In this document: in pieces, positions 1-12,240 of the stretch | Position numbering within the stretch: position 1 is the stretch's first letter | How the letters are laid out: the number at the start of each line of letters is the position of its first letter | Assembly: GCA_012026655.1 (NCBI GenBank) | Contig: JAAILG010001552.1 | Span: forward strand, 1 to 64,000 | DNA from: Hydrolagus affinis | Lineage: Eukaryota | Direction: 5' to 3' | Length of the DNA: 64,000 bases | The notes under the pieces: model-generated | What the model saw: the letters and a program-made list of their open reading frames with translations, nothing else | The model's database searches: none | What the model was told of the DNA's origin: nothing | Made by a program: the position numbers and the translations under genes

Positions 1-1687
1 GAGCGTTGTCATTTTGATCCAAGATAATCACATTCACTGCGGCGCTGCTGCTCAGTGGCGGGGACCCGGAATCCCGCGCCTGGACTTGGAGCTGAAAGTT
101 TTTGAGCTGCTCGTAATCAAAGGATCGCAGCGCGTAAACGTTCCCACTTTTGGTGTCAACACTGATATAAGAAAAGGACATCAGCTCCTGTATGTGATTC
201 TGCAGAATAGAATAGGAGACGTAAGAATTCTGGTCTGAATCAGGATCCAAAGCAGTAACTGATAGAATGGAGTCACCCGGAGCGTTATTCTCCATCACAT
301 ATGCGGTGTAGGAGGGCTGGTCAAACCGGGGCGCGTTGTCATTGATATCAGACACTGTCACGAGCAGAGTTTTATTTGACGAAAGAGGGGGAGATCCCGA
401 GTCCCAGGCTAATATGGATATATTATACGCATGAAGCTTTTCACGATCCAGTCTGTCACTTGTAACTAATTTGAACTGGTTCCCTGGCATCTTCTGCAAT
501 TTAAACGGAATATTCGTGGGAAGCTGACAGTTAACCTGTGCATTGAGTCCCGAATCCGCGTCTGTTACACTGATCACAGCGATCACAGTGCCTGGAGCAA
601 CATCTTCCTGTACGCTGCTGGACACTGAGGTGAGCTGTATCTTGGGAGCATTATCATTGACATCAATCAGTCGGAGGTGAACGCTGGAATGTCCTGCCAT
701 CGGCGGGCTGCCTTGATCCACAGCTTGTACATCGAATTCGTACACGGGTGATTTCTCAAAATCCAACACGCCTTCGACTGTAATCTCTCCCGATTTGGAA
801 TCCAAACTGAACAATTCCCGGACATGTAGCGAGGCACGGTTGCTAAAAGAATATGTCACCTCCGCGTTTGTTCCTTCGTCTGAATCCACGGCGTTAACCT
901 TGATGACAAAGGTCCCAGCTGGCGCGTTTTCTGTCAAACTCACTTTGTAAACCTCATGATCAAAGATTGGCACATTGTCGTTGATGTCCAATACCGATAT
1001 AGTGACCGAGGCTTTGCCGGTTCTTTGAGGGTTCCCCCCATCAACAGCCGTCAGCACCAGCTGAATTGTAGACTGCTCTTCCCGGTCTAAAGGCTTCTCC
1101 AGTAACAACTCGACAACCTTCATACCGCCGCTTCTCGTCCGCATTTTCAGGCCGAAGAAATCGTTCGCGCTGATCTGGTAAGTGCTCACTGTGTTGGCGC
1201 CCACGTCCGGGTCGTGCGCGCTCTCGAGAGGGAAGCGCGCTCCCGGCGCAATGTTCTCGGCGACGCGCAAGACGAACCCACCTTCTGGAAAACTAGGAGA
1301 ATTGTCATTGATGTCTAGGATCTCTACCTCTACGCGATACATTTCCAAAGGGTTTTCCATCAGGACCTCAAAGGAGATGAAACAAGTCGAGCTCTCGCCA
1401 CAAAGCCGCTCCCTGTCGATTCTTTCATTCACAAATAAAATCCCATTCTCCGGGTTTACCTCCAGGTACTGTTTTCCGTTATCGAAGACAAGGCGACATT
1501 TGCGAGCAGACAGCTCCCGTTTCTCAACTCCCAAATCCTCGGCGATGTTTCCGACCACGGAGCGAGGCTTCATTTCCTCCGGGATAGAGTAGCGAATTTG
1601 TGCAGAAACCAGGTGCGAGATACAGAGCAGAACAATAAAATGTTGGATCTTCTGAGACAATATCCAGCCTCTCCCTGGAGTCGCCAT
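1..1687 (-). CDS. Clustered protocadherin variable exon, intact as far as visible, truncated by the window edge (signal peptide, EC1-EC5)
   Basis: My translation from ATG 1687 gives MATPGRGWILSQKIQHFIVLLCISHLVSAQIRYSIPEE...IDRERLC...DINDNSPSF...LDREEQ...DVNDNAP...DQNDNA. It is open to base 1 and has cadherin PE/DRE/DxNDNxP motifs. It is probably missing from the ORF track because it has no stop inside the window. Confidence 0.95.
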   Translation of the reverse strand, partial: MATPGRGWILSQKIQHFIVLLCISHLVSAQIRYSIPEEMKPRSVVGNIAEDLGVEKRELSARKCRLVFDNGKQYLEVNPENGILFVNERIDRERLCGESSTCFISFEVLMENPLEMYRVEVEILDINDNSPSFPEGGFVLRVAENIAPGARFPLESAHDPDVGANTVSTYQISANDFFGLKMRTRSGGMKVVELLLEKPLDREEQSTIQLVLTAVDGGNPQRTGKASVTISVLDINDNVPIFDHEVYKVSLTENAPAGTFVIKVNAVDSDEGTNAEVTYSFSNRASLHVRELFSLDSKSGEITVEGVLDFEKSPVYEFDVQAVDQGSPPMAGHSSVHLRLIDVNDNAPKIQLTSVSSSVQEDVAPGTVIAVISVTDADSGLNAQVNCQLPTNIPFKLQKMPGNQFKLVTSDRLDREKLHAYNISILAWDSGSPPLSSNKTLLVTVSDINDNAPRFDQPSYTAYVMENNAPGDSILSVTALDPDSDQNSYVSYSILQNHIQELMSFSYISVDTKSGNVYALRSFDYEQLKNFQLQVQARDSGSPPLSSSAAVNVIILDQNDNA

Positions 1688-1902
1688 TAGTACTGGATTC
1701 AACCTCAACACAAATATACAGACGTCCTTTCTGTCTTACCTCAGTGCTTTAGTCCAGCAACACACTCTGTCTGAAACATATCACACTGATGGATTTAAAC
1801 TGAGTGTTAGAATTAAACGACCGTGTTTTTTCCTCTTGATCTGGGCCAGAAACTGCGAACGCAGTCACTGCTCAGCTTTCTCTTTGATTCTTTCCTGCGT
1901 CT

Positions 1903-2018
1903 GGTGAAGAGGGAGGGGTGATAGATCTCCAGGGCGCGTTTCAGCTCCTTATTGGTGGACAGCGACACAGGGAATGTCGGCCAATAACTACATTGAGCTT
2001 TCTTAAAGCGAGACTGTT
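1903..2018 (-). promoter_or_regulatory. Pcdh variable-exon promoter with CSE (CGCT box, putative CTCF site) and two CCAAT boxes
   Basis: Sense strand reads CCCTGTGTCGCTGTCCACCAAT, with CGCTG at 1964-1960, about 275 bp upstream of the ATG. The block aligns with 5583-5697 and 8333-8450. Confidence 0.85.
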
Positions 2019-2934
2019 TCCCAAAAGTCGTGGTTTCCAATGTGAGCCATGCCATTTATTGTTGAGCAACCCTCGGGCTTTAAACCATCGTTTCCTTTCT
2101 AATTATCCATTTTAACTTTAGAAAAACACACTGGCAAATAATCCTTGTGCCTAAAATATCTCAAGGTATCCTTTTTTGATTCACAACCATTATAATTGTG
2201 GATTAGGAATCGTGGAAGGGTGTTAAAGTATATTAATATATTACAAAATTGGGCGAACTGGAATGGGTTTAACTATTACGCATGGATTTGAGTTGCCTCA
2301 GTTAGGATATCTGGTCTGTAACGCATCTTATTCGCTGAAAGCTTCTTACAACTAAAAGCAAACGAGTTCCTTATTTTGATGCAGGTTTCAGCAGACATTA
2401 TCTGACAGTTTTACATTTCATCGTGCGTTTACATTCCAGTGCAAAGATTTCAGTCTGTAACATTTCAGTGGGATCCCACAAAGTTTGGAAAATGTACAAT
2501 TTTCTTCGGTAATTATATTCCAAATTCATACTTGCAAATCTGCAAATTCACGAACATATTGGCAGAAACAAAAATTATGAAAAGAAGCAGATCCAACACA
2601 ATCAAGTGTGAAAGCAAATGTAGTATCTTCTTGCAATAACTGTTGGTTTCTATGGTGCAGGCGAAGTTAGAACCATTCGTAAAAATATCCGTTTTGGACA
2701 ATCGTAGAATCCAGCCTAAGATCCAGTAAATCTACTGAAAACATCGATGTTAATGTTAATTGATTCATTGCACCGTCCAACAACACGGCGTTTAAAGATG
2801 CAGTCAATTGTGATCATGTATATTCAACTTTTAGAAATGACGTAAATATTTAGAAATTTTCACGTGAAATTTTCACTTCACATGGTCTTAGAAATAGGGT
2901 TGACCGCATAATAGATTGATTAATTAATACGCAC

Positions 2935-5353
2935 CACTTGTACGAATTGAGTCTGTGAAGGATTTGGTCAATTTGTTGTCGTTAACATTGAAGGGCAGGG
3001 TTGGATTACACGGCTGCAGAAAGAGAAATTCAGTATTGGTTGGTTCTGGAGATAAAGAAACCCTGAAGTTGTAAGCTTCGCGTTGGGAGCTTTCTTGACT
3101 CACTCCGGGGAAGTGGGGGGGTCTTCCTGGTGCCGATCTGCGATTCACAGCGTCCCGGGAAAATCTGCTCCCGAGGCACCAAGTCGTGTAGTTATGCCTT
3201 CGCGTGATATCTCTGTCTTGGTGACACTTCACGGCGACCAGAAAAATAATAGTTACGAGAAATACCAAGGAAGTGGACGCTAGAGTAATAATTAAATAAA
3301 AATTTAGGTCTGAGAAATGTTGAGGGTTTCCGGGCTGGTCACTGCGTTCAAGTGACGTTTCAGTCACATTGGGCAGGATTGCAAACAGTAAGGTGGCGGT
3401 GCATGACATGCTGGGTTGGCCGTTGTCCATCACCAGGATGATCAGACGTTGTGTAGGACCATCCCGTTCGGTGACCTTTCGCAGGGTCCTGACCTCTCCG
3501 GTGAGGCTTTCCAAGCGGAACAGACTGCGGTCGGTGGCGTCAATCAGCCGGTAGGAGAGACGGGCGTTCTGACCGGAATCTGCGTCAGCAGCCGACACCT
3601 TGGCGATCAAGTCACCCGGATGGGTTGACCGAGATGAGATTTTCACGGCGGCTGAGGCGTTCCTTGTGACAGGCGAGACAACAACCGGAGCGTTGTCATT
3701 CTGATCCAGGATAATGACATTGACCACGGCGCTGCTGCTCATTGGAGGAACTCCACCATCCTTGGCTTCGACTTTGATCTGGAAACGTTTCAGTTGTTCG
3801 TAGTCAAAGGAACGCAGTGCGTAAATAGTCCCACTTTGGGAGTTGATAGTAACATAAGGAGATGCACCTGGTATATGGCTCTCTTCCAGAACCGAATAGG
3901 AGATTTGGCCATTCTGATCCGGGTCAGGGTCTGCGGCTGTTACCGCAAATATGGAGGCGCCTGGGGCATTATTCTCCATCACATAAACATTGTAGGAGGA
4001 CTGCGTGAAGAGTGGAGCGTTGTCATTTACATCGGAAACTGACACCAAGATTGTTTTATTGGTTGAAAGGGGGGGAATGCCCGAGTCCCAAGATGAGATG
4101 GAGATGTTGAACCAGGGATCTGTTTCGTGGTCCAGCGCACCACTGGTAACCAATTGATATTTGCTCTTCGAAGATGTTTCAATTTTAAACGGGATGTTCG
4201 TAGGAACTTGGCAATGGACGTGTCCATTTTCTCCGGAATCTTGATCCTCTACACTGATCACAGCCACCACAGTTCCCAGCCCAGAATCTTCAGGGATCAC
4301 ACTCGACACGGAGGTCAATTTAATCTCGGGGGCATTGTCATTCACGTCGCTTATACCGACCAAAACCTTGGCATGACCTCCCAAGGGGTGTGGGCCATTA
4401 TCCACAGCTTGTACGTCAAGCTCGTAAATATCAGATTCCTCAAAATCCAGCAGATCTTTAACGGTAATCTCTCCGGTTTCTGGGTCGAGTTGGAATAGCT
4501 CGCTGACCCTTTGGGAAGCATGATTACTGAAGGAATATCTTACCTCCGCGTTCTGCCCTTGATCCGAATCAACCGCGTGGATTTGCATCACCCGGGTACC
4601 AACCGGTGCATTTTCCACCACGTTAGTTCTGTATATCTCCTGACCGAATATAGGGGCATTGTCATTGGCGTCCAGTACAGTGATTATAATCTGAGCTGTG
4701 CCAGATCTCGGTGGTATTCCACCATCAATGGCCGTTAGCACCAGCTGAAATTTCGACTGTTGTTCGCGGTCTAAAGGCTTCTCCAATAATAGCTCCGCAA
4801 TTTTTACGCCGTCGCTTCTGCTCTGCATTTTTAGGCCAAAGTAATCGTTGGAGCTGATTTGATAAGTATGGACGGCGTTGGTTCCCGTGTCCGGATCCTG
4901 AGCGCTCTTGAGGAGAAACCGCGCCCCCGGCGCTGTTAATTCAAAGATTTGCAGGGAAAACACACCCTTTGGAAAGCTCGGAGAATTGTCGTTTATATCT
5001 GTGATCTCCACTTCAACGCGGTATGTTTCCAAAGGATTTTGCACCACTACTTCCAAAGAAATGAAACAGGTCGGACTCTGTCCACAGAGCTGCTCCCTGT
5101 CGATTCTTTGACTGACAAATGCAATGCCATTTTCTAAATTTACCTCCAAGTAACGCTTCTCATTGTCAGAGACCAGGCGGAAGCTGCGAGCGAACAACTG
5201 CCGAACGTTCAATCCCAAATCTTCGGCGATGTTCCCAACAAAAGCTCCCCGCTCCTGTTCCTCGGGAATGGAGTAGCGAATTTGTCCGATCACCAGCTCC
5301 GGGAGCAGAAACAGGAGCGTGATAGCAGTCCCTCTGCTCAGCGCAATCGCCAT
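2935..5353 (-). CDS. Clustered protocadherin variable exon, intact (signal peptide, EC1-EC6, TM, variable cytoplasmic domain)
   Basis: ORF 2924..5398; likely start MAIALSRG at 5353; six cadherin repeats; TM FYLIITLASTSLVFLVTIIFLVAV; LSPEPTNTEFLFLQP motif. Probable phase-1 donor AGTG|GTGCGT at 2935/2934. Unspliced read-through stops at 2924. Confidence 0.96.
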
Positions 5354-5582
5354 GTTCTGGGTTCGAATGTGACGCAAGCGCATCAACATGATGCCCACAC
5401 CTTAAACGCTGTCTTTAGTATCTCATTACATATTTTATATTAACAAAAGTACATATATTTAGGCATCCACATGAGAGACAAGGAAGGACTCGCCTTAAGC
5501 GCTCTGTCTAAACATGGCTCCACAGCCCAAAGGCAGAGAGTAGACACTGTTCGCCTTCCTCTGTGGTTCTGCTCTGCCCTTT

Positions 5583-5697
5583 GTGAAGGGGAAGGGAGGG
5601 TAGATTTCTGGCAGCGTCTCTCCTCCTTATTGGCCGAGAGACACACAAAGAACTCTGACCAATAAATACTCGGAGCTTCTCTTAAAGCTAGACTGTT
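5583..5697 (-). promoter_or_regulatory. Pcdh variable-exon promoter block (CSE position reads CTCT rather than CGCT)
   Basis: Aligns with 1903-2018 (GTGAAG..GGAGGG..TAGAT..CTCCTTATTGG..ACACA..CCAATA..CTTAAAGC.AGACTGTT). Confidence 0.8.
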
Positions 5698-5705
5698 CTG
5701 CGTGT

Positions 5706-5742
5706 TTATATATATATATATATATATAGATATACATATATA
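5706..5742. repeat. (TA)n microsatellite
   Basis: Visible tatata run just upstream of the promoter block. Confidence 0.9.
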
Positions 5743-6199
5743 TGCCTAACCATATATTTATGCTGTATATTTTAACACCACAACATATAATGTTACCAAG
5801 ATATAATGCTTCTATAGTGACTTGTTATCATTCGATGCAAATAAAACGTTTCATTTAGATTTACTTTCATTCGATTGGTAGCTGCATTTTGATCGCGTTC
5901 GTGTATCAATTCACTCCCTACACATGAATTTGCCAGATATTACCTTCAGCAACAGTGACAATCAAATACAAACCTAACATTAAATCCACGCAGAATTCAT
6001 AGAATCAATTTCATTGTTGAATAATGGCGACCTACATCTGCGTGAGCAAGGAACAGAAGAAGGTACAAATATTCAGACAATTAACATTGGAGAAAACTGT
6101 CGTTCGTTAACTGGAATCCCCTCTGGCCCCCTTCAAGTATATCAGTACAGATTATCAGCCAAACTACATTTCGCAACTAATTAATTCTCCAATCTGTGA

Positions 6200-8121
6200 T
6201 TGTAACATTGGCGGTACACTTGAAGTAAAGTACGGTAGTATTGTCGTAAGGGTTCCAGGAAAAGAAATTCGCTCTTCGACGATTCTGGAGACAAGCAAAC
6301 CTTGTAGTGATAAGCTTCGGGAATTGGCACCACCTCACCTGTGTAATTTAACGCTTCCCTCTGTACGCGCTGACTACTTTAGGTGGTCCTTCGATTTGCC
6401 CCGTGCTCCACAGCAACAGCCGCTGAGTTGTCGCCTTGAAAACAAATTCCGACCTGTTGGCACTTGACGAGAAAGAGAGCGATCATCGTGAGGAGAAATA
6501 TGATTGACGTTGACCCCAAAGTGATCAAAAAAAATTCAGCTGCGAGAATCTTTGGGGATATTTAACTGAGTTACTGCTGTCAGATGATGCTTCAGTGAGA
6601 TTCGCCAAGATTGAAAGGACGATAGTGGCGATGCTAGACAGGCGGGGTTGTCCATTGTCCTTCACCGAGATGGCCAGATTGTGCTGGTGAGATCCTGGTC
6701 CGTAAATGCCTCGAACGGTCCTGATTTCTCCTGTGAACGGTTCGACCCGGAACAGGCTGGGGTCAGTGGCCTGGAGGAGCTGGTAATAAAGACGGGCGTT
6801 CTGCCCAGAATCAGCATCTGACGCCAAGACGGTGGCGATCAGGTCACCGGGGCTGGTTGCCTGGGACACTGTCGGTGACTCTTCTTGTCGATGGCGGAAC
6901 AATCACGGGAGGATTGTCACTCTCACTCTGGTACTGCTGCTCAGTGGAGAAGGAAATCCAGTATCCTGGGCTCCCAGATTGGTCTGGAAGTACTTCAGTT
7001 GCTCGTAATCAAAGGAAGTCAGGGCGTAAACATTCCCTCTTGGAGTTAATGGTGACATAAACGGACGCAGGCACAACGGTCACCTGGTCCTCGAGAATAG
7101 AATAGGAGACTTCGCCGTTCTTGTCCAAAGCAGACACGGAAAATATAGAGGCACCGGAAGTGTTATTCTCCATCGGGTACACAATGTAGGAGGATTGTGA
7201 AAACCGTGGGACGGTTATCATTTGCATCCAAAACCGTAACTCAAGACTGTTTTATTCATAGCGAGACGGGGTGTCCCCGAGTCCCGGACAACAACAGACA
7301 CATTGTACTTACAGATAGCTTGATCCAGTCTATCGCTAGTCATTAACTTGTAGCGGTTCTTCGAAGAGCGTTGGGGCCTGAATGAGATGTTACCCGGAAC
7401 AACAACAACTTGGGTTTCTATAGCGCCCTCCACGCCGAACAGCTTCTCAGAGCGCTTGTGAGTGTTGTTATTCACGTCCGTTATTTACACCCAAACCTTG
7501 GCACGTCCCATTTGTGCGGCCATATCCACAGCTTGCACTTCAAGCTTATGACTATTGGATGATTCGAAATCTAACGAGCCTCGAACTGTGACCTCTCCAA
7601 ATTTAACCCGAACAAGTCAAGAACTTTCTGGGTGCCTGACCTCGCCGTTTGAACCCTCGTCCAAATCGACAGCGTTGACTTTCACCAGCGATACACCTTT
7701 ATTTATTGAGGGTTCGAACTGATCTGATAAGTGTTGATCACCCCTGGCAGAATTAGCTCAAAGACTTGCAAGGGAAAGGCCTGGTTGGAAAAACTGGGTG
7801 AAAGAGTTTGCGAGCGTCAAGTCAGAGGAGATGAGACACCTTGCGCTTTGCCCACAGTGCTGTTCTCTGTCGACTCTCTCAACAAAACCCCATTCGCCAA
7901 ATTTACCTTCTGATACAGTATTGCCTCCATGGTCGGAGACCAGACGCAACCTGCGACCGGATAAATACCCGAAAATTCTCCCCAAAATCCTCAGTCATGT
8001 TCCAGACAAAAACTCCCAGCTCCTGTTCCTCGGGGGTGGAATGGCGAGTTTGTATGGTTACCGTCTCTGAGACTAACAGTAGAAGCACAAAAGTCGCCCG
8101 GTTGCTGAGTGCAATCGCCAT
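6200..8121 (-). pseudogene. Protocadherin variable-exon pseudogene with frameshifts, stops and internal deletions
   Basis: Fragments lie in different frames: MAIALSNRATFVLLLLVSE..STPEEQE, VERVDREQHCGQS, KVNAVDLDEGSNGEV, MENNTSGASIFSVSALD, ASDADSGQNARLYYQL...GEIRTVR and AYHYKVCLSPESSKSEFLFLEP. About 1.9 kb versus about 2.4 kb for intact exons. The low-coordinate boundary is approximate. Confidence 0.92.
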
Positions 8122-8332
8122 GTTTTGGATTCTGTTTTTTTTTCACGTTAACACATCAACATTTCCAATAATAATTCATTACTTTCCAGCCCCCTCATCT
8201 TTTTAGAATTTGCTTTCGGGTCTTCACCCAATATCTATCTGGGCTGTGCAGTAATTAGCCCTCAGCGGTCTGGCTCAACGTGGCTCCCGCAACTCCCACC
8301 AGACTCTGCTTTGTAATTCTGGCTCGCCCCTT

Positions 8333-8450
8333 TGTGAAGGGGAGGAAAGGGGGATAGATCTCTCGCAATGTTTCACCTCCTTGTTGGCACATAGCTACAC
8401 AAAGAGCCCACACCAATAGCTACACTGGGATTTTCTTAAAGCTGGAGTGT
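8333..8450 (-). promoter_or_regulatory. Degenerate Pcdh promoter block of the pseudogene
   Basis: Aligns with the other two blocks. The CGCT box reads AGCT and the proximal CCAAT reads CCAAC. Confidence 0.75.
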
Positions 8451-8809
8451 CTCAACATTTTGTTTCGCCCACAAAATACACAGTCAATCAATAAATCCAC
8501 TTCCACTATATTCTCTGAAGCGCATTGAGGCGTCTTAACGACGTGATGAGGCACTATAGCAAATGATCATTGTTATTAGCATTACATGTTGAAACTTCTT
8601 GCAAAATAAAGGTTGTTAATTGTATACAAAAATACAGTCAGATTTCACTAATAATGTAAATGCGAGCGGGGGAGGGGATCTGTCAATGTGTTCACTCATC
8701 ACATCTTTTAAAAATCTGTGTTTCATGTACAAATTTACTTGAATTAAATTCAACCTGTGTGTTATAGAACCAAAGTTACATTATCTCAACCAACATGTTT
8801 AATTAATAC

Positions 8810-9560
8810 TGACTTTGGGTTTGAGGTAAAGTTGGTGAGTTGTATGGGTTTCAGAAACCGAAACTTTTGGGTGATTCAGGAGACAAACCAATGATTCTAG
8901 ATCCTCTGATTCTAGGACGAGAGTTGTCTGACCAACTTCAGGGCATTGTAACGGTTCCCTTATCCCTTATTTGGGGGGAACTACGATTAAAATTATCCTC
9001 CGAATTCACTGCTTCACAACAGCAGATTTGCGCTTAATAACTGTTTGCCGCTATCGTCATCATATTGATCTCGAATCTCTCCAGTTCCCGGGTGCCAACA
9101 GGACAGTTTGCGCAGCTGTTGGGTTACTGAAAGAATATGTTAGCTCAGCTGTTAAACCCTGGAGGCTAATAGAAGTAAGGGCAGTGTTTTTTGATGTGGC
9201 TTTTAAAACGTTCCGAATTACGCGCATGACTCTAAGTGTGATCTCATCAGTGCGTTGCTGTGTCTCGGTTACTAATAGTTTTTTCTGCATACATTTTGAG
9301 GTCCTGCATTGAGATGATAACGACTGCTCTCAAAAGATTGCCATTTGGCACCAGTTATTTTAAACAAAAGTAGATTTCTGACCGTTCTACTAAAACAGAA
9401 TGTAGAGAGTATCTTCCCAGCTGCGTTTGTTATCATTGCTAGCCAGGAGATTGTAAATAGCTCCCACATAACTATAAGTTAATGTTGTCTAACTCCTCTC
9501 ATTCAAATTTCGGCTTCTTTCGTGCACCGAAGAACTAGCATGGGTATAGGTAGCAATTCG
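8810..9560 (-). pseudogene. Highly decayed, internally deleted protocadherin variable-exon remnant
   Basis: Minus-strand fragments: LASNDNKRSWED (cf. EC1 LVSDNEKRYLEV), AELTYSFSN...TGEIR (EC3-like, across a frameshift), CCCEAVNSEDNFNRSSP and IGLSPESPKS..FLKP (cytoplasmic motif). Boundaries are approximate. Confidence 0.6.
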
Positions 9561-9937
9561 GGTTGTGGAATGAAAACGATATTATAAAGTTAAATACATT
9601 GGAAATAACTAGAAATACTATCAAGGCGACTTTACTTCTGAGAATACAGAGCATGATATCAGATATTTATCTCATTTATCTTTGTTCCTTTTTGCCAACT
9701 AAGTATTTAGCATTTTGCATCTTTGCAGTCCTTTGAAATGCTACCCTGGACTGTAACATTGATAGTTTATATTATACTGCGTCTGTAACACCGATAGTTA
9801 CTTTATACCGTTTAGTTTAGTTTATTCTAGAAAACAGAAGAGATCATTGAAAAGGCCAATCATTGTAGGGTGTTCAGAATTATCTTCCAATTCACGCTGA
9901 GGGAGAAGTTTACACTAATCGATCGCTCCTTCTTTTA

Positions 9938-9969
9938 GCAGTAAGGTTAGTGGCCACTAGGCGGCGAAG
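9938..9969 (+). promoter_or_regulatory. Putative CTCF binding site, reverse to Pcdh transcription
   Basis: TGGCCACTAGGCGGCGAAG at 9951-9969 closely matches the CCASYAGRKGGCR core. GCAGTA at 9938 resembles the upstream module. Confidence 0.7.
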
Positions 9970-12240
9970 ACCATATATTTTTAAATGAAATCCAGGAATT
10001 CCCAGAACAGCGAGAGAAGATATCACGGATTTCAAAAGGGTTCAGCGGTTGAATTAGACAATAAACTCCCCAAACGGATGGAATTATGATTTTATCTGTT
10101 GCTTTTAAAACAGTAGCAAGCACCGCCACAGCCTGTGCCGCCTCTTCCACATCACAGCTTATTCCTCGTGGCACACTATAATAAGAATATTCCTTCCATT
10201 TTCACACAGCGCCATTCAAGACTTAAAGCGCTTCACTGGATGTACAGTAGAGGGTATTGACTGTATATTTCGTGTGATTTGTTTTCCAAAGAAATACATA
10301 AATTCAGCGGTTTAGGTCGTGGTTTAGTCGTATGTCGTATTTTGACTGTAAAATGGTTCAGGATAATTGATATTTTGTCTGATCAAGGCCGCAACTATCT
10401 TTTATCGAGGAGTTCAGCCAGACCATTTTTGACCTTTCGGTGCCTACCGATATTTCAATACATTTGCACCAGTGCAGAACTCTGTCATCAGCTGAAGGAT
10501 CTTATGCGTAATGTTACATATTTTCTTGTTCGTTGCAGATGGGAACAGATTAGCGCCTACTCTGAAAACGATGTGGTTCTCTGACCAACGTACAATTCTT
10601 AGATTAATTCTGAATGAAGAAGATCATTTAGAAATGTCGGGAACTAAACTTCACGTCTTACTGGCTGCATAAGCTGCTGCGTAAAAACATGGCGCATTTA
10701 TTGTATAGTTTTGTATGGGGGGAACTGAGAGGACAAACAGGATTCCGGCTGTAAACTAACTGTGTCCCAACAAAGTATGTATCGCTGTCGTGGTCTTTGT
10801 CATAATATATTCAGTGTTTAGAGTAAAATCAGACTACAGGTTAGCCAGATGGATGTGAAATGGAGGTAGAATATTCTTACTGTTATCCGGGATATTATTG
10901 ATACCTGATTAGAGATCTATAACTTTATTTACATAGCTTTAATGGATTCAGTATCATGACTGTGTGTTAGTCTCGTTTATCTCAAATCAACCTTTACTCA
11001 AAAAAAATTGGAAACAAAGTCTGAAACTGTAAGAATATTAATGTTTACTTTTCAATAAGAACCTGAATGATTTTATGTTCAACAAGGGCACTAAGTGGCG
11101 ATTTTATCGACCATATTGATGCAAGAAATGAGCAGTAGAATAGGAGCCAAATTGACCCAAATAATAATGCAAATAATAATAATAATTGACATCCCAGAAT
11201 ATATTGTAAAGTTGATTGACTGTGCGTGTTGTGGTAAGAAATATTTAAACGATAACAAGATTCCTCCTCGCCCTCCAAATAATTGCACTAAACACGTCGT
11301 AAGACGGAAATGTTCACATTGATTAAGAACATTTATTGAAGCAAAACCAAAGTGCATCCTACAAAATAACAATCGCCATGTTTCCATTTCATTCCAGGTT
11401 GAGCAATGGAAAACATAAAGAAGCGTACAGGTAACTTCTCACATGTTATTACAGCAAGTTCATTCCAGAAGATCAGGTCAACCTTTACATTATTCTTTTG
11501 TTCAGAGTTCAGATTTAATTTGTAGACTCAATAATTCTTCCTTTGCCTTTCCAATATTGTGTGATGCCCACACAAACACTAATAGATAGGATGATTTCTT
11601 GCAGGTATTGCCTTACATTCCATTGGCTTCAAACTATTCATTTGTAGTTGTCCTAAATGTTCCCGAATTTAAGATAATTCATGTTTACACCGGAAAACAT
11701 GGAGCACAAATTAAAACTTTCCATTCATTGTACATCAGAATAACAAAGCGGAGCTATTTCATTTAAACATTAACAAAATAACAAGGATTCAACTTTAAAT
11801 TAACAAAATAATTCCTTCAATTGGAAATCACATTGTCAGCTGGAAAATAAATTTTGTTTGTTTTTTTGTCCAGAGTAAATTATTTTATTTTGCAATATTA
11901 TGTGTATCAATTCAACCAATTCACTTCTAATAAAGTTTTAGTATAACAATCGCAAAGTAATGATCCAAATATCTTTATTGGATGGTATTCCAAACACAGG
12001 GCATTCTTGGGAAACAGTGGCAAAAATAATAGCTTCCAAATACATGCAGCTGTACTTTCATCTATCAAAGTGTTTCTTGGTAAATTGTTACATGATTTAC
12101 ATTTTAGATTTACGTAATTAGCGAAATGCAATTTAGCATACAGTATTGTTTGAAGGTATGCCTGGATTTTTTTTGAAAAAGTTGACACAAGCTATATGGA
12201 GTCTTCAAATAATTACAATAAGTATCCAACATATTCAACA

